From the IMG/VR virus record IMGVR_UViG_3300032287_004273, positions 15,359 to 79,358 of that record: 64,000 bases of DNA; one strand, 5' to 3'. Source of the DNA: a virus. Position 1 is the first letter of the stretch. The number at the start of each line of letters is the position of its first letter. Both the position numbers and the translations under genes were made by a program. Positions 1 to 8,447 of this stretch are shown here, one piece after another. The notes below the pieces were generated by a model. That model was not told the origin of the DNA. It ran no database searches and was given only the letters and a program-made list of their open reading frames with translations.

Positions 1-521
1 TGAGAAGTTTGCTGTGCGACTGCTTGAGGCGAATCTCTCGATGTTATCGCCATTATGCCTTGCACTAGCAAGCTTAAACCAGTAGACACTAAAGCTGAAG
101 CGATTACTCCGAGCGTTGAGAAAGTAGTAACACCTATTGTAAAAGTGCCAAGAAACGCTGCGCTTGCAGCAGCTGTAGTAGCAGCTGACATTGAGCCAAC
201 TACCGCTCCTCCAGTAGCTAAAAATGACAGACTTAAGCCAGCCATCATTAATGCTCCAACTCCAACAACTACAAGTACGACCGCTATTATAATAAGAAAC
301 TTTTTTCCACTTCCAGATAATATTGGCACAAAATATAAATTAGAATCTTTTCTAATTATTGAATAATGACAACCCTTATTAGATAATTCAATTAATTTTT
401 TTCTAAATCCATTTTTAACGCAATCAATAGAATCAATGACTTTATTCAAATTCCCTAAATGGATTTGAATTTTTTTTCCAAAAATTTTACCCAAATAACC
501 TTCGAAAATTATAGTAGTCAT
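1..521 (-). CDS. tail assembly protein I-like (3' end truncated by window edge)
   Basis: Not in ORF track. ATG at 521 overlaps the TGA of the upstream gene; reads MTTIIFEGYLGKIFGKKIQIHL... then a long Gly/Ala hydrophobic stretch; follows gpL- and gpK-like genes as in lambda L-K-I order. Confidence 0.7.
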   Translation of the reverse strand, partial: MTTIIFEGYLGKIFGKKIQIHLGNLNKVIDSIDCVKNGFRKKLIELSNKGCHYSIIRKDSNLYFVPILSGSGKKFLIIIAVVLVVVGVGALMMAGLSLSFLATGGAVVGSMSAATTAAASAAFLGTFTIGVTTFSTLGVIASALVSTGLSLLVQGIMAITSRDSPQAVAQQTS

Positions 522-964
522 GCTAATTCCTTTAACCTTTGCATTATATTTACATCATAATCTTTGTTTTTGGGCTCATAAATAGAAAATTTTTCAGTAG
601 TCACAGAATATATGAGAAATGGAAAACAGCAATTTTCAGAAGTTTTTTCGTCAAAATCAGATGGAGATGAATCGCCATATAAATGCGTATGATATATAAC
701 TAATATCCTATAATTTTTCATAAAACTTAAATAATCGAATGGATCTATTAAAAAATAAGCTTCTGGACTTTTTGATCTATTTTGCATTTTTTTATAAACA
801 ATATTATCATTTTCATCCAAGCCCACTAAACCACATAATTCTGCAAATAAACTATAATCCCCTTCTTTTTTTAAAAAACTAATTAATTCTTTAGAATTTT
901 TAAAATAAAATAAGTTTTCAGAATCATTCATATTTAAATTTGTCAGTTCCAGGAAATCCTCCAA
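518..964 (-). CDS. JAB/MPN-domain tail tip protein K-like
   Basis: ELCG ... YHTH ... SPSDFD JAMM motif; between gpL- and gpI-like genes. Confidence 0.75.
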   Translation of the reverse strand: MEDFLELTNLNMNDSENLFYFKNSKELISFLKKEGDYSLFAELCGLVGLDENDNIVYKKMQNRSKSPEAYFLIDPFDYLSFMKNYRILVIYHTHLYGDSSPSDFDEKTSENCCFPFLIYSVTTEKFSIYEPKNKDYDVNIMQRLKELA

Positions 965-1973
965 AAGGTAAAACAGAATTAACTTCTAGAGTGTCATTAT
1001 AGGCAATATAACCTTTTGAATTTATAAAACTATTTTTTAAAAATCTTTTTTGACATGCAGATACGCTTTTGGAACAGCCATCTTTTTCCCAACTTAATAA
1101 ATCCTTATTTGGAGAATTGTATTTATTTGCTGAATTATTTTTTATGCAAACAAACCAAGTTCTAGCGGGATCTTTTAATCCATTAATATCTAAATTTTCA
1201 ACATATGCAATATCGCCAGCAATATAGGACTTACCAATAGTCCATACAAATTTTTTAATTGTTTCTTCAAAAGTTCCATTTATATAATTTCCCGCTGCAT
1301 CTTTAATATGCATTGTTGAAGATGGAGGAATTGTAAAATCTGTATCATCCTCCTTGCAGATTAAATCTCCTTGATAATTGCAACCTAGCCCCCTATATTG
1401 CCAATAACAATACCTACCATATATTCCCCTACTAGCAGTTTCTAAACTTTCTAAATCAAATGGAGTAATTAATTCAAATTGAATTATTTGTTTATTCTCA
1501 ATAATTTTTTGAGATATTAAATATCTTTCTTTTGAAATATAAGCTAATTCATTGGGAGATCCAAATGGGTTTTCTCCACCATCAAAATTTACAGCATCCA
1601 AATGTTTTAAAAATAATTTTATTCTAACAAATTTTCCATTTCTAAAGTCAGAATAATCTCTAAGTATATTTGATATAATATAGTCAACATTTGCTACGGT
1701 AACTTTTGGCCTTGGTAATCTACCCATTATGTTCGCTTCAAAACCTTCAACTTGAATCGCTGTAGCGTAATAAGAATTTTTATTCCATATAATATCTTTT
1801 GTTAAATTATTTGTTCCCGAATGGAATCTAAAAGGTTCTTCATCAACATCAAAATAAAGTTCGTAAAGCTCAATAACTGCTGTTGGTTCATTCTCAATCA
1901 AAGATTTGCCTACTAACGATCTGGCACTCTCCCCCAGTAAAATTCTTTGATCTATTTCTACTCCATTAGACAT
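924..1973 (-). CDS. minor tail protein L (lambda gpL-like)
   Basis: GRLPRPKVTVAN, FELITPFDL, CYWQYRGLGC, DGCSKSVSACQKRF, LPFGGFPG motifs with four Fe-S cysteines. Confidence 0.9.
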   Translation of the reverse strand: MSNGVEIDQRILLGESARSLVGKSLIENEPTAVIELYELYFDVDEEPFRFHSGTNNLTKDIIWNKNSYYATAIQVEGFEANIMGRLPRPKVTVANVDYIISNILRDYSDFRNGKFVRIKLFLKHLDAVNFDGGENPFGSPNELAYISKERYLISQKIIENKQIIQFELITPFDLESLETASRGIYGRYCYWQYRGLGCNYQGDLICKEDDTDFTIPPSSTMHIKDAAGNYINGTFEETIKKFVWTIGKSYIAGDIAYVENLDINGLKDPARTWFVCIKNNSANKYNSPNKDLLSWEKDGCSKSVSACQKRFLKNSFINSKGYIAYNDTLEVNSVLPFGGFPGTDKFKYE

Positions 1974-2038
1974 ATATTATAATAAAATTTAAAATAAAAA
2001 AGTTGACTTTATCTTAGAATAGTTTACACTCTTATTGT

Positions 2039-2566
2039 ATGATTTTCAGAAGCAAATACGATCACACTGGAGAAAGTCAGAAAATGGGACAGTCTGCAGA
2101 AAGTCTTTTTGAAGATTTAGCAAGGCAAAAAAACTTAAATCCTATTAAAGCGACGAAAAAGCAACAAATTTCTCATATAGATTTTATTTTAACTGCAAAA
2201 AATAATTTAAAATATTTTGTAGACGTTAAAGCAAGAAAAAAAAGCTGCAGAAGCGATTCAAAAGTTGATGACGAATTAGTTTGGGTAGAATTTAAAAATG
2301 TTTCTGGAAATAAAGGATGGATTTATGGCGCAGCAGATTACATTGCTTTTGAAAGAGAAGATGATTTTATTATAGTGTCAAGATTAAACTTAATTACTTT
2401 ATGTGACCGTTTAATCAATAAAAATTTAAAAACAAATACCTCCAAAGAGGCGCTATATAAAGTGTATTCACGAATAGGTAGAAATGATGAAATTTCTATG
2501 ATTAAAATGCAAGATATTTTAAAGAATATTAAAACTACAATATGGAAAAAATCTCAGCAGATTTAA
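2039..2566 (+). CDS. PD-(D/E)XK-family nuclease-like protein
   Basis: E...HIDF...VDVKARK motif; TTGACT/TACACT promoter directly upstream. Confidence 0.55.
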   Translation: MIFRSKYDHTGESQKMGQSAESLFEDLARQKNLNPIKATKKQQISHIDFILTAKNNLKYFVDVKARKKSCRSDSKVDDELVWVEFKNVSGNKGWIYGAADYIAFEREDDFIIVSRLNLITLCDRLINKNLKTNTSKEALYKVYSRIGRNDEISMIKMQDILKNIKTTIWKKSQQI

Positions 2567-2814
2567 AAGTAGTAGGAACAAATAATCTTCTAAAAAATTA
2601 TTTGGATAAAGAATTTAAAGCTTTATCAATTTCAGCAAATGACAGTAAATGCATTCTATGCAAACTTTGGGATAATAAACTTTTGGAGGAAATTTACTTT
2701 AATCAAAGCCCTAAAATTGAAATTACTTCTTACGGAATAACAATTGAGGGTATGGCTCAAGTTGGATATTTAATAGGAAATATAAAAGTGCTTTTAACAA
2801 ACATTAACAAATGA
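2542..2814 (+). CDS. hypothetical protein
   Basis: ORF overlapping both neighbours. Confidence 0.55.
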   Translation: MEKISADLKVVGTNNLLKNYLDKEFKALSISANDSKCILCKLWDNKLLEEIYFNQSPKIEITSYGITIEGMAQVGYLIGNIKVLLTNINK

Positions 2815-3776
2815 AAGAAATGTTTTCTTATAAAGATGTAGTTTTACTTCCAAATTATTCCGAAGTAAAATCAAGAGATAATTTATCAGCACAGGTAGAT
2901 TTTCTTGGTACTAAATTTAAATTGCCAGTTTTGCCAGCCAATATGGCTTGCACGATTAATTTTAAATGGGCAGAAACTCTTGCAAATGAAGGTTATTTTT
3001 ATATTTTGCACAGATTTTATGAACACAAGGAAATTTTACAATGGCTAACTGAAAAAAATTATTCTAACTTTCCTTTGAGTATTAGCGTTGGAGTCAAAGA
3101 TGCTGATTACGATCTACTCGAAAATTTAGCAGAAAATAATTACAAAGTTGATTTCGTTACAATTGATGTAGCGCATGGACATAACATTCTTGTCAAAAAT
3201 ATCTGCAAGTTTTTTCACCATTTGCCTTGGACTAAAAAGCCAAAATTAATTGTTGGAAATGTTGGTTCTATTTCGGGAGCAAAAGATTTAATTGAGTGGG
3301 GTGCTGACGCAATTAAGGTTGGACTTTCTATGGGTGCAGCATGCACTACATACAATAATACTGGAGTTGGTACGCCAATGTATTCTATTATTTCCGAAAT
3401 CAAAGAAGCAATGGAAAACAAAATTATGCTAAAAGTTCCAATTATTGCTGATGGACAAGTTAGAGAAGTGGGAGATGCGTGCAAAGCTCTTCATGCTGGA
3501 GCAGAAATGGTCATGGTGGGAGGTATGTTTGCGACTTGTTACGATAGCGCAGCGCCATTTAACGGCGACAAAAAAGTTTTCTATGGCTCTGCTTCTGCAA
3601 GGAACAAAGGAGAAGAGAAATATATAGAAGGAAAAGAAAGTTTAATGCAACCATCAAAAGACTCTACCCTTGTTCTTTTAAAAAAATTTGAGCAAGGAAT
3701 TAAGTCATCAATGTCATACGCTGGAGCATCATCGCCTTACGAATTGTGTAAAATGGAAGTAAGGAAAAGAGTATGA
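2811..3776 (+). CDS. guaC: GMP reductase (IMPDH/GMPR family)
   Basis: SYKDVVLLP, IDVAHGH, GNV, KVGLSMGAACTT, IIADG, SSMSYAG motifs. Confidence 0.85.
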   Translation: MKEMFSYKDVVLLPNYSEVKSRDNLSAQVDFLGTKFKLPVLPANMACTINFKWAETLANEGYFYILHRFYEHKEILQWLTEKNYSNFPLSISVGVKDADYDLLENLAENNYKVDFVTIDVAHGHNILVKNICKFFHHLPWTKKPKLIVGNVGSISGAKDLIEWGADAIKVGLSMGAACTTYNNTGVGTPMYSIISEIKEAMENKIMLKVPIIADGQVREVGDACKALHAGAEMVMVGGMFATCYDSAAPFNGDKKVFYGSASARNKGEEKYIEGKESLMQPSKDSTLVLLKKFEQGIKSSMSYAGASSPYELCKMEVRKRV

Positions 3777-4441
3777 CTCCCGAAATCAAAAACAAAATAC
3801 AAAGAATTTTAAACTATATAGAATCTGGCTCGCAAAATGGAAATTATGCAGCCATATCCCTGTATAAGGATGGGCCAAATCAAATCAAGCAAATCACATT
3901 CGGCAAAAGCCAAACAACAGAATGGGGTAATTTAAATAAATTAATATCCTTATATGTTGAAAAAGATGGAAAATTTGCAGACGAGTTAAAACCATACCTA
4001 CAAAAGATTGGAAAAGTTTCATTGGTTAATGATGCAAATTTACTTTCAATTTTAAAAGCTTCTGGTTTAGATCCAATCATGCAAGAATCTCAAGATGAAT
4101 TTTTTGATGAACATTATTGGAAGCCTGCAGTGAAATGGTTCGAATCAAACAAGTTTACTTTGCCGCTTTCTATGTTGGTGATTTATGATTCTTTTATTCA
4201 TTCTGGTAGTATTTTAAGCTTTTTAAGGAATAAATTTTCTGCTTCAATTCCTTCTAAGGGTGGAGATGAAAAAGAATGGATCACTTCTTACTTGAACGTG
4301 AGGCACGAATGGCTCAAGAATCACTCCAATCCCATTCTTAGAAAAACCATCTACAGAACAAGAGACATGCTCTTAGCAGTAGAAAAGGAAAACTGGGATC
4401 TTGAGCAAGTTTATCACTGCAACGGCGAAAATATCAGTTGA
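3773..4441 (+). CDS. chitosanase (GH46, lysozyme-like fold), probable endolysin
   Basis: IESGS...NY...DG...ITFG, QDEFFDEHYWKPA, IYDSFIHSG, YLNVR pattern. Confidence 0.7.
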   Translation: MTPEIKNKIQRILNYIESGSQNGNYAAISLYKDGPNQIKQITFGKSQTTEWGNLNKLISLYVEKDGKFADELKPYLQKIGKVSLVNDANLLSILKASGLDPIMQESQDEFFDEHYWKPAVKWFESNKFTLPLSMLVIYDSFIHSGSILSFLRNKFSASIPSKGGDEKEWITSYLNVRHEWLKNHSNPILRKTIYRTRDMLLAVEKENWDLEQVYHCNGENIS

Positions 4442-4486
4442 CTTTTGAAAACTTCTGATGTATTATCTGGGAGATATACGAAATTT

Positions 4487-4753
4487 ATGAATGAAGAAAT
4501 CCCTACAATCAGCGAGGCAATTAGCAAAGCGAACTCAGCTCAAGTAGATTGCCTTTGGGCCATCTTGAAATACAAGGAAATTGGTATCTTGCGCAAAATC
4601 AAGTGTATGGCCGAAGTTCTTAATTTTGATCTAGATTTAGCTTGCAAGGAATTGCCAATTAATGAAAATGGCTTTATCGTAGATTATAAAAGCCGTCATA
4701 TGATTCATGATATCCTTCTTGATAAGTCAAAACAACTTGCAGGAAGAAATTAA
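4487..4753 (+). CDS. hypothetical protein
   Basis: ATG downstream of a TTGACT-17-TATTAT promoter. Confidence 0.6.
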   Translation: MNEEIPTISEAISKANSAQVDCLWAILKYKEIGILRKIKCMAEVLNFDLDLACKELPINENGFIVDYKSRHMIHDILLDKSKQLAGRN

Positions 4754-4757
4754 AAAA

Positions 4758-4982
4758 ATGGAAGAAAAGTCAGTTCCTCAATTTGACGAGTTGCTTTCTG
4801 TCGTAAGTTACGAGATCCTTGATGGTAAGGACGAATACGTAACTTCTTACAGTGCCGATCTCAAAAAAAATACGAATGGTCGTCTTGATGGTCTAAAAAT
4901 GGCTAAAGATACTCTGAGGTATCGTCCAGATTATAGACTTTATGAAGTATATTCTAATGGGTATAGGAAACTGATTGATTAA
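4758..4982 (+). CDS. hypothetical protein
   Basis: ORF in operon, start reassigned to first ATG. Confidence 0.55.
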   Translation: MEEKSVPQFDELLSVVSYEILDGKDEYVTSYSADLKKNTNGRLDGLKMAKDTLRYRPDYRLYEVYSNGYRKLID

Positions 4983-4988
4983 TTTAAT

Positions 4989-5064
4989 CGCAGGTTGGAC
5001 AAGAGGTTAAGTCGTTTGGCTCATAACCAAAAGATCGGGGGTTCAAATCCCTCACCTGCAACCA
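4989..5064 (+). tRNA. tRNA-Met(CAT), initiator-like
   Basis: Cloverleaf, CTCATAA loop, GGTTCAAATCC T arm, encoded CCA, C1:A72 mismatch; only two G-C pairs next to the anticodon loop. Confidence 0.9.
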
Positions 5065-5345
5065 CTTTCGAGTAACCACAAACCCACTGGTAGTAGGAGG
5101 GGCTGTAATTGGAATGTAGCAGCCTGTAATTCCTGCTCGAAAGCGACACATGCCTCTCTGTGAATACGGGGTGCTTGGTCTGGGTTTCCAGACGCTGAGT
5201 TGTGCGACTAATCGGAGAGACGATTATAATCAGTTCCCCCAATTGGGGTGCGACACCTGCTGGTGGCTCCATGCCGCCAGACTTGATTTGGCATAGCACC
5301 TGATGCTTACGCTGGGTTGGGTCAATGGTGTGACACTGGGAGAGA
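5065..5345 (+). ncRNA. putative multi-stem structured RNA of unknown class
   Basis: GC-rich spacer between tRNAs with many nested stems (CTTTCGAGTA/TGCTCGAAAG, GGCTG/CAGCC, GGTGCT/AGCACC, GTCTGG/CCAGAC, AATCG/CGATT, CCCC/GGGG, CTGGTGGC/GCCGCCAG). Confidence 0.55.
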
Positions 5346-5359
5346 CTAGAAATTTTAAT

Positions 5360-5446
5360 AGGAGTGCGGCGAAGTTGGAGAGTCGCAGCAGACTGTAAAT
5401 CTGTTACCTTTTGGTTGAGTCCGTTCGAATCGGTCCACTCCTACCA
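5360..5446 (+). tRNA. tRNA-Tyr(GTA)
   Basis: AGGAGTG/CACTCCT acceptor, CTGTAAA loop, long variable arm, CCA. Confidence 0.9.
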
Positions 5447-5449
5447 TAT

Positions 5450-5521
5450 TCCTGTGTAGCTCAATGGTAGAGCGCCTCGCTGTTAACGAGGATGTTGTAG
5501 GTTCGAGTCCTACCGCAGGAG
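5450..5521 (+). tRNA. tRNA-Asn(GTT)
   Basis: TCCTGTG/CGCAGGA acceptor, CTGTTAA loop, GTTCGAG T loop; CCA not encoded. Confidence 0.9.
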
Positions 5522-5542
5522 CTTTTTTGTGTAAAAAATTAG

Positions 5543-6673
5543 ATGCAAACTTTCACTGAAAAATGGACTGATCTACATAAAGAAGTAGATTTAAATTTAC
5601 TAAGCAATAATTCTAATGAAGATGGTTTTGTTAGAATGGACTTGGTAATGCCCAAATTATATACTCCGAAACATTATTTAGCAACAAATGGATATTTAAA
5701 AGATCGAAAATTTTCAATAGATATAAACGGTTCTAAAAAAACGTCAAACGGAGAAGTTTATTTGAAATATGGATATTTTGTAATGAACAATGTTCATTTT
5801 TCAGATCAATATTTTTTTATAAAAGAAAATAAATATCAAGATTACAACTTTGGAATCGTTGACAATAATCCAGAAAAATCACTTGGACGTTTTTTGCCAG
5901 AGGCAGAAATTAAAAAAGATTTAAATCAATCAATAATAATTGAGGAACCTTGCTTTTTATGCTTACCCTCTAGGGGTCACTACCCAAATTATGGGGCATT
6001 TTTAACCCAAGTTACAACTCAAATTCATGAGTTTAGAAAAATTAATAAAACAATAAAAATTGCAGTAAATAAAACTTTAAAATGGCAAAATGCTGCATTA
6101 AAATATTTTTTTCCAGATTTAGATTTTATTGAAATTGATATTTGGCCAATGAAAAATAGTATCTTTTTTAAAAAAATTGTAATACCTTTTGCAAAAAACG
6201 CTACTATTTTATCTAAAAACGATATAGATTTTTTTAAAAAAAATAGCTTTCATAAAGATTCGAATCGAAGAATTTTCTTATCAAGATTAAAACAGAATGG
6301 AAGAAAATTAGTGAACGAAGATAAGGTTGTTGATTTCTTAAAAAGCAAAAATTTTGAAATTATCTTCCCAGAAGAAAAAGATACTCGACAAATTTCAGAA
6401 ATTTTAGGCGAAGCGGAATATGTTTTTGGAACTGGTGGAGCTGGAATGTTCAATTCCATATTTTGCAAACCAAATACTAAATTTCTATCGATAGAAGGCG
6501 GAAGATGGGCAACCGTACATTCAAAAATGTTTAGTGCAATTGGATTAGACTATTCAATAATACAACCGCACCCAACCTTACCCTTAGATCAAATTAAAAA
6601 TTTGGGACAATGTGAATCTTATGTTAATATTGATGAGTTTATTAATTTCGTAGAAACAAATTACAATTTGTAA
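5543..6673 (+). CDS. glycosyltransferase family 61 (DUF563)-like
   Basis: NYGAFL, RIFLSR...RKLVNE, FEIIFPE, GTGGAGMFNSIF motifs. Confidence 0.75.
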   Translation: MQTFTEKWTDLHKEVDLNLLSNNSNEDGFVRMDLVMPKLYTPKHYLATNGYLKDRKFSIDINGSKKTSNGEVYLKYGYFVMNNVHFSDQYFFIKENKYQDYNFGIVDNNPEKSLGRFLPEAEIKKDLNQSIIIEEPCFLCLPSRGHYPNYGAFLTQVTTQIHEFRKINKTIKIAVNKTLKWQNAALKYFFPDLDFIEIDIWPMKNSIFFKKIVIPFAKNATILSKNDIDFFKKNSFHKDSNRRIFLSRLKQNGRKLVNEDKVVDFLKSKNFEIIFPEEKDTRQISEILGEAEYVFGTGGAGMFNSIFCKPNTKFLSIEGGRWATVHSKMFSAIGLDYSIIQPHPTLPLDQIKNLGQCESYVNIDEFINFVETNYNL

Positions 6674-6674
6674 C

Positions 6675-6878
6675 ATGGGTCTAGAAAAAGCAATTCTTCA
6701 TAAGAAAGAAAAAAGAAAACCCTATAGATACTCTCAAAGGTTTGACTATTCCTGTCGGAATCATGGCTCATGCCCTTGGTGTTTACATAATCGCACTTAT
6801 TCTCATCGTAAAAATAAATTAATTTGTTTAGAAAAGATAAAAGAATTTAATAATGAGTGGAAGAATAGACAAGATTGA
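6675..6878 (+). CDS. small basic Cys/His protein
   Basis: SCRNHGSCPWC motif. Confidence 0.6.
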   Translation: MGLEKAILHKKEKRKPYRYSQRFDYSCRNHGSCPWCLHNRTYSHRKNKLICLEKIKEFNNEWKNRQD

Positions 6879-7263
6879 TTGGTGGCTTGAATTAGCAGAT
6901 GTCGCTTCAAAACGCAGCGAAGATCCCTATCACAAAGTTGGTGCGGTAGCAATTAGAGAAGACGGCTCAATTGCTGGCGTCAGTTATAATGGCGCACCAC
7001 CTAAAATAGAAATTGATTGGTCAGATCGAGAAAAAAGAAGACAATTTGTTATCCATGCGGAAACAAATTTACTAAGATATATTAAACCCCAAGAATGTCC
7101 AAATGTTGCGGTAACTTTAGCTCCTTGTTATGACTGCCTAAAGAATTTGGCTTCTTATGGAGTTAAAAAAATTTATTTTAAATCCTATTATGACAAATGT
7201 GATAGATCAATTCTTGCAAAAATGGCTTACATTTATAAAATAGAATTGTATCATTGTTCGTAA
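6853..7263 (+). CDS. dCMP deaminase
   Basis: RSEDP..KVGA, YNG, HAE, PCYDC zinc motifs. Confidence 0.9.
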   Translation: MSGRIDKIDWWLELADVASKRSEDPYHKVGAVAIREDGSIAGVSYNGAPPKIEIDWSDREKRRQFVIHAETNLLRYIKPQECPNVAVTLAPCYDCLKNLASYGVKKIYFKSYYDKCDRSILAKMAYIYKIELYHCS

Positions 7264-7318
7264 CTTTTTTATAAATAAAAAAAAACTTTATGTATTTCTT
7301 GTTGTAATATTTAATACA

Positions 7319-8446
7319 ATGAAAGACTACATACTGTGGACTAAAAAACCACAAATAAATTTAAAATCTGATAATTTTAATATTGCGCAATTAGCCCAAA
7401 TTATAGGTTACGCTGGAAATAATTCTGGGAATTTAATGTATGTGGAAGGTTTAAAAAAAATTTTAAATAAAAATATAGGCTTTAGTGAGTGGCATTGTTT
7501 TCCAAATGATGCAAAAAATTTAATTCTTCCAGCTGCTAATCAATTAGGAACGCATACTGATTTAGGAGCTTTGAAAAAATACTGGGAAAGTACTAATAAA
7601 AATATAATTATAGTATCGCTAGGTATTCAATCAAAATCTAATACCGAACCTATTTTAACAAAAGGAACCAAGGAATGGCTTGATTTTATAGTAAAAAACG
7701 TTGAAAATAAAAAATCTTTTATATCAACTAGGGGTGAACATACCAAATCATTTATAAACGATTTATACAATAAAGAAATCGCCAAAGTTTCTGGTTGCCC
7801 ATCTCAATTTTTGTCTAATCCAGAAGAAATGTTGAGTAGTTTAAAAAAACGTTTAAATAAAAAACTTTTAACATTAACTGTTAATTCGAGCCATTATGCT
7901 TGGTCATTTTTTTTTAAATGTGAAGAATTTTTTATAAATGAAATAAAAAAAAATGATGGAAGGTATATAGTTCAAGCTCCTGTTGAAAATATTTTATCTG
8001 TACTTTTGAAAAATGAAAGCGGAGAAAATATTGCAGAAGACGATTTAAGTTTTTTAGATATAAAAAATATATGTTCTTCTAATTTCTTTCACAATAAATG
8101 TGAATTTTTTATAGATATAGACGAATGGATGAACTGCGTTAAAAATTATGATTATAACATAGGCTGCAGAATACATGGTTGCATGGCATCTATGGCCGCT
8201 GGCGTGCCATCTTTTTTATTTGTGACCGATACCAGAACTAAAGAATTTGCAAAAACAATGCATTTACCACATACAGAAGATTTATCATTAGACGACCCTA
8301 TTAATTTTGCTAAAGAAAAATTAAAAACTCATGATTTTGAAAAAATGTTCCAAATTTGGAAACAAAATGCAAAAGTATTTAAAGAATTATTTGAAATTAA
8401 CGAAATATCATTAAGTTCTGAATTTTTAAACAACTGGATAAACTAA
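7319..8446 (+). CDS. polysaccharide pyruvyl transferase family protein
   Basis: NSGN, STRGEHT, GCPS, GCRIHG..A..AGVP motifs. Confidence 0.75.
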   Translation: MKDYILWTKKPQINLKSDNFNIAQLAQIIGYAGNNSGNLMYVEGLKKILNKNIGFSEWHCFPNDAKNLILPAANQLGTHTDLGALKKYWESTNKNIIIVSLGIQSKSNTEPILTKGTKEWLDFIVKNVENKKSFISTRGEHTKSFINDLYNKEIAKVSGCPSQFLSNPEEMLSSLKKRLNKKLLTLTVNSSHYAWSFFFKCEEFFINEIKKNDGRYIVQAPVENILSVLLKNESGENIAEDDLSFLDIKNICSSNFFHNKCEFFIDIDEWMNCVKNYDYNIGCRIHGCMASMAAGVPSFLFVTDTRTKEFAKTMHLPHTEDLSLDDPINFAKEKLKTHDFEKMFQIWKQNAKVFKELFEINEISLSSEFLNNWIN

Positions 8447-8447
8447 T

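Noticed and set aside
55-366. + strand 103-aa ORF
   Set aside because: Shadow of the leftward gpI-like gene 1-521.
5021-5299. - strand 92-aa ORF
   Set aside because: Antisense to tRNA-Met and the structured RNA; open because of local GC content.
5065-5345. tmRNA, RNase P RNA or tRNA intron
   Set aside because: No tRNA-Ala-like ends, no GAGGAAAGUCC signature, flanking tRNAs are complete.
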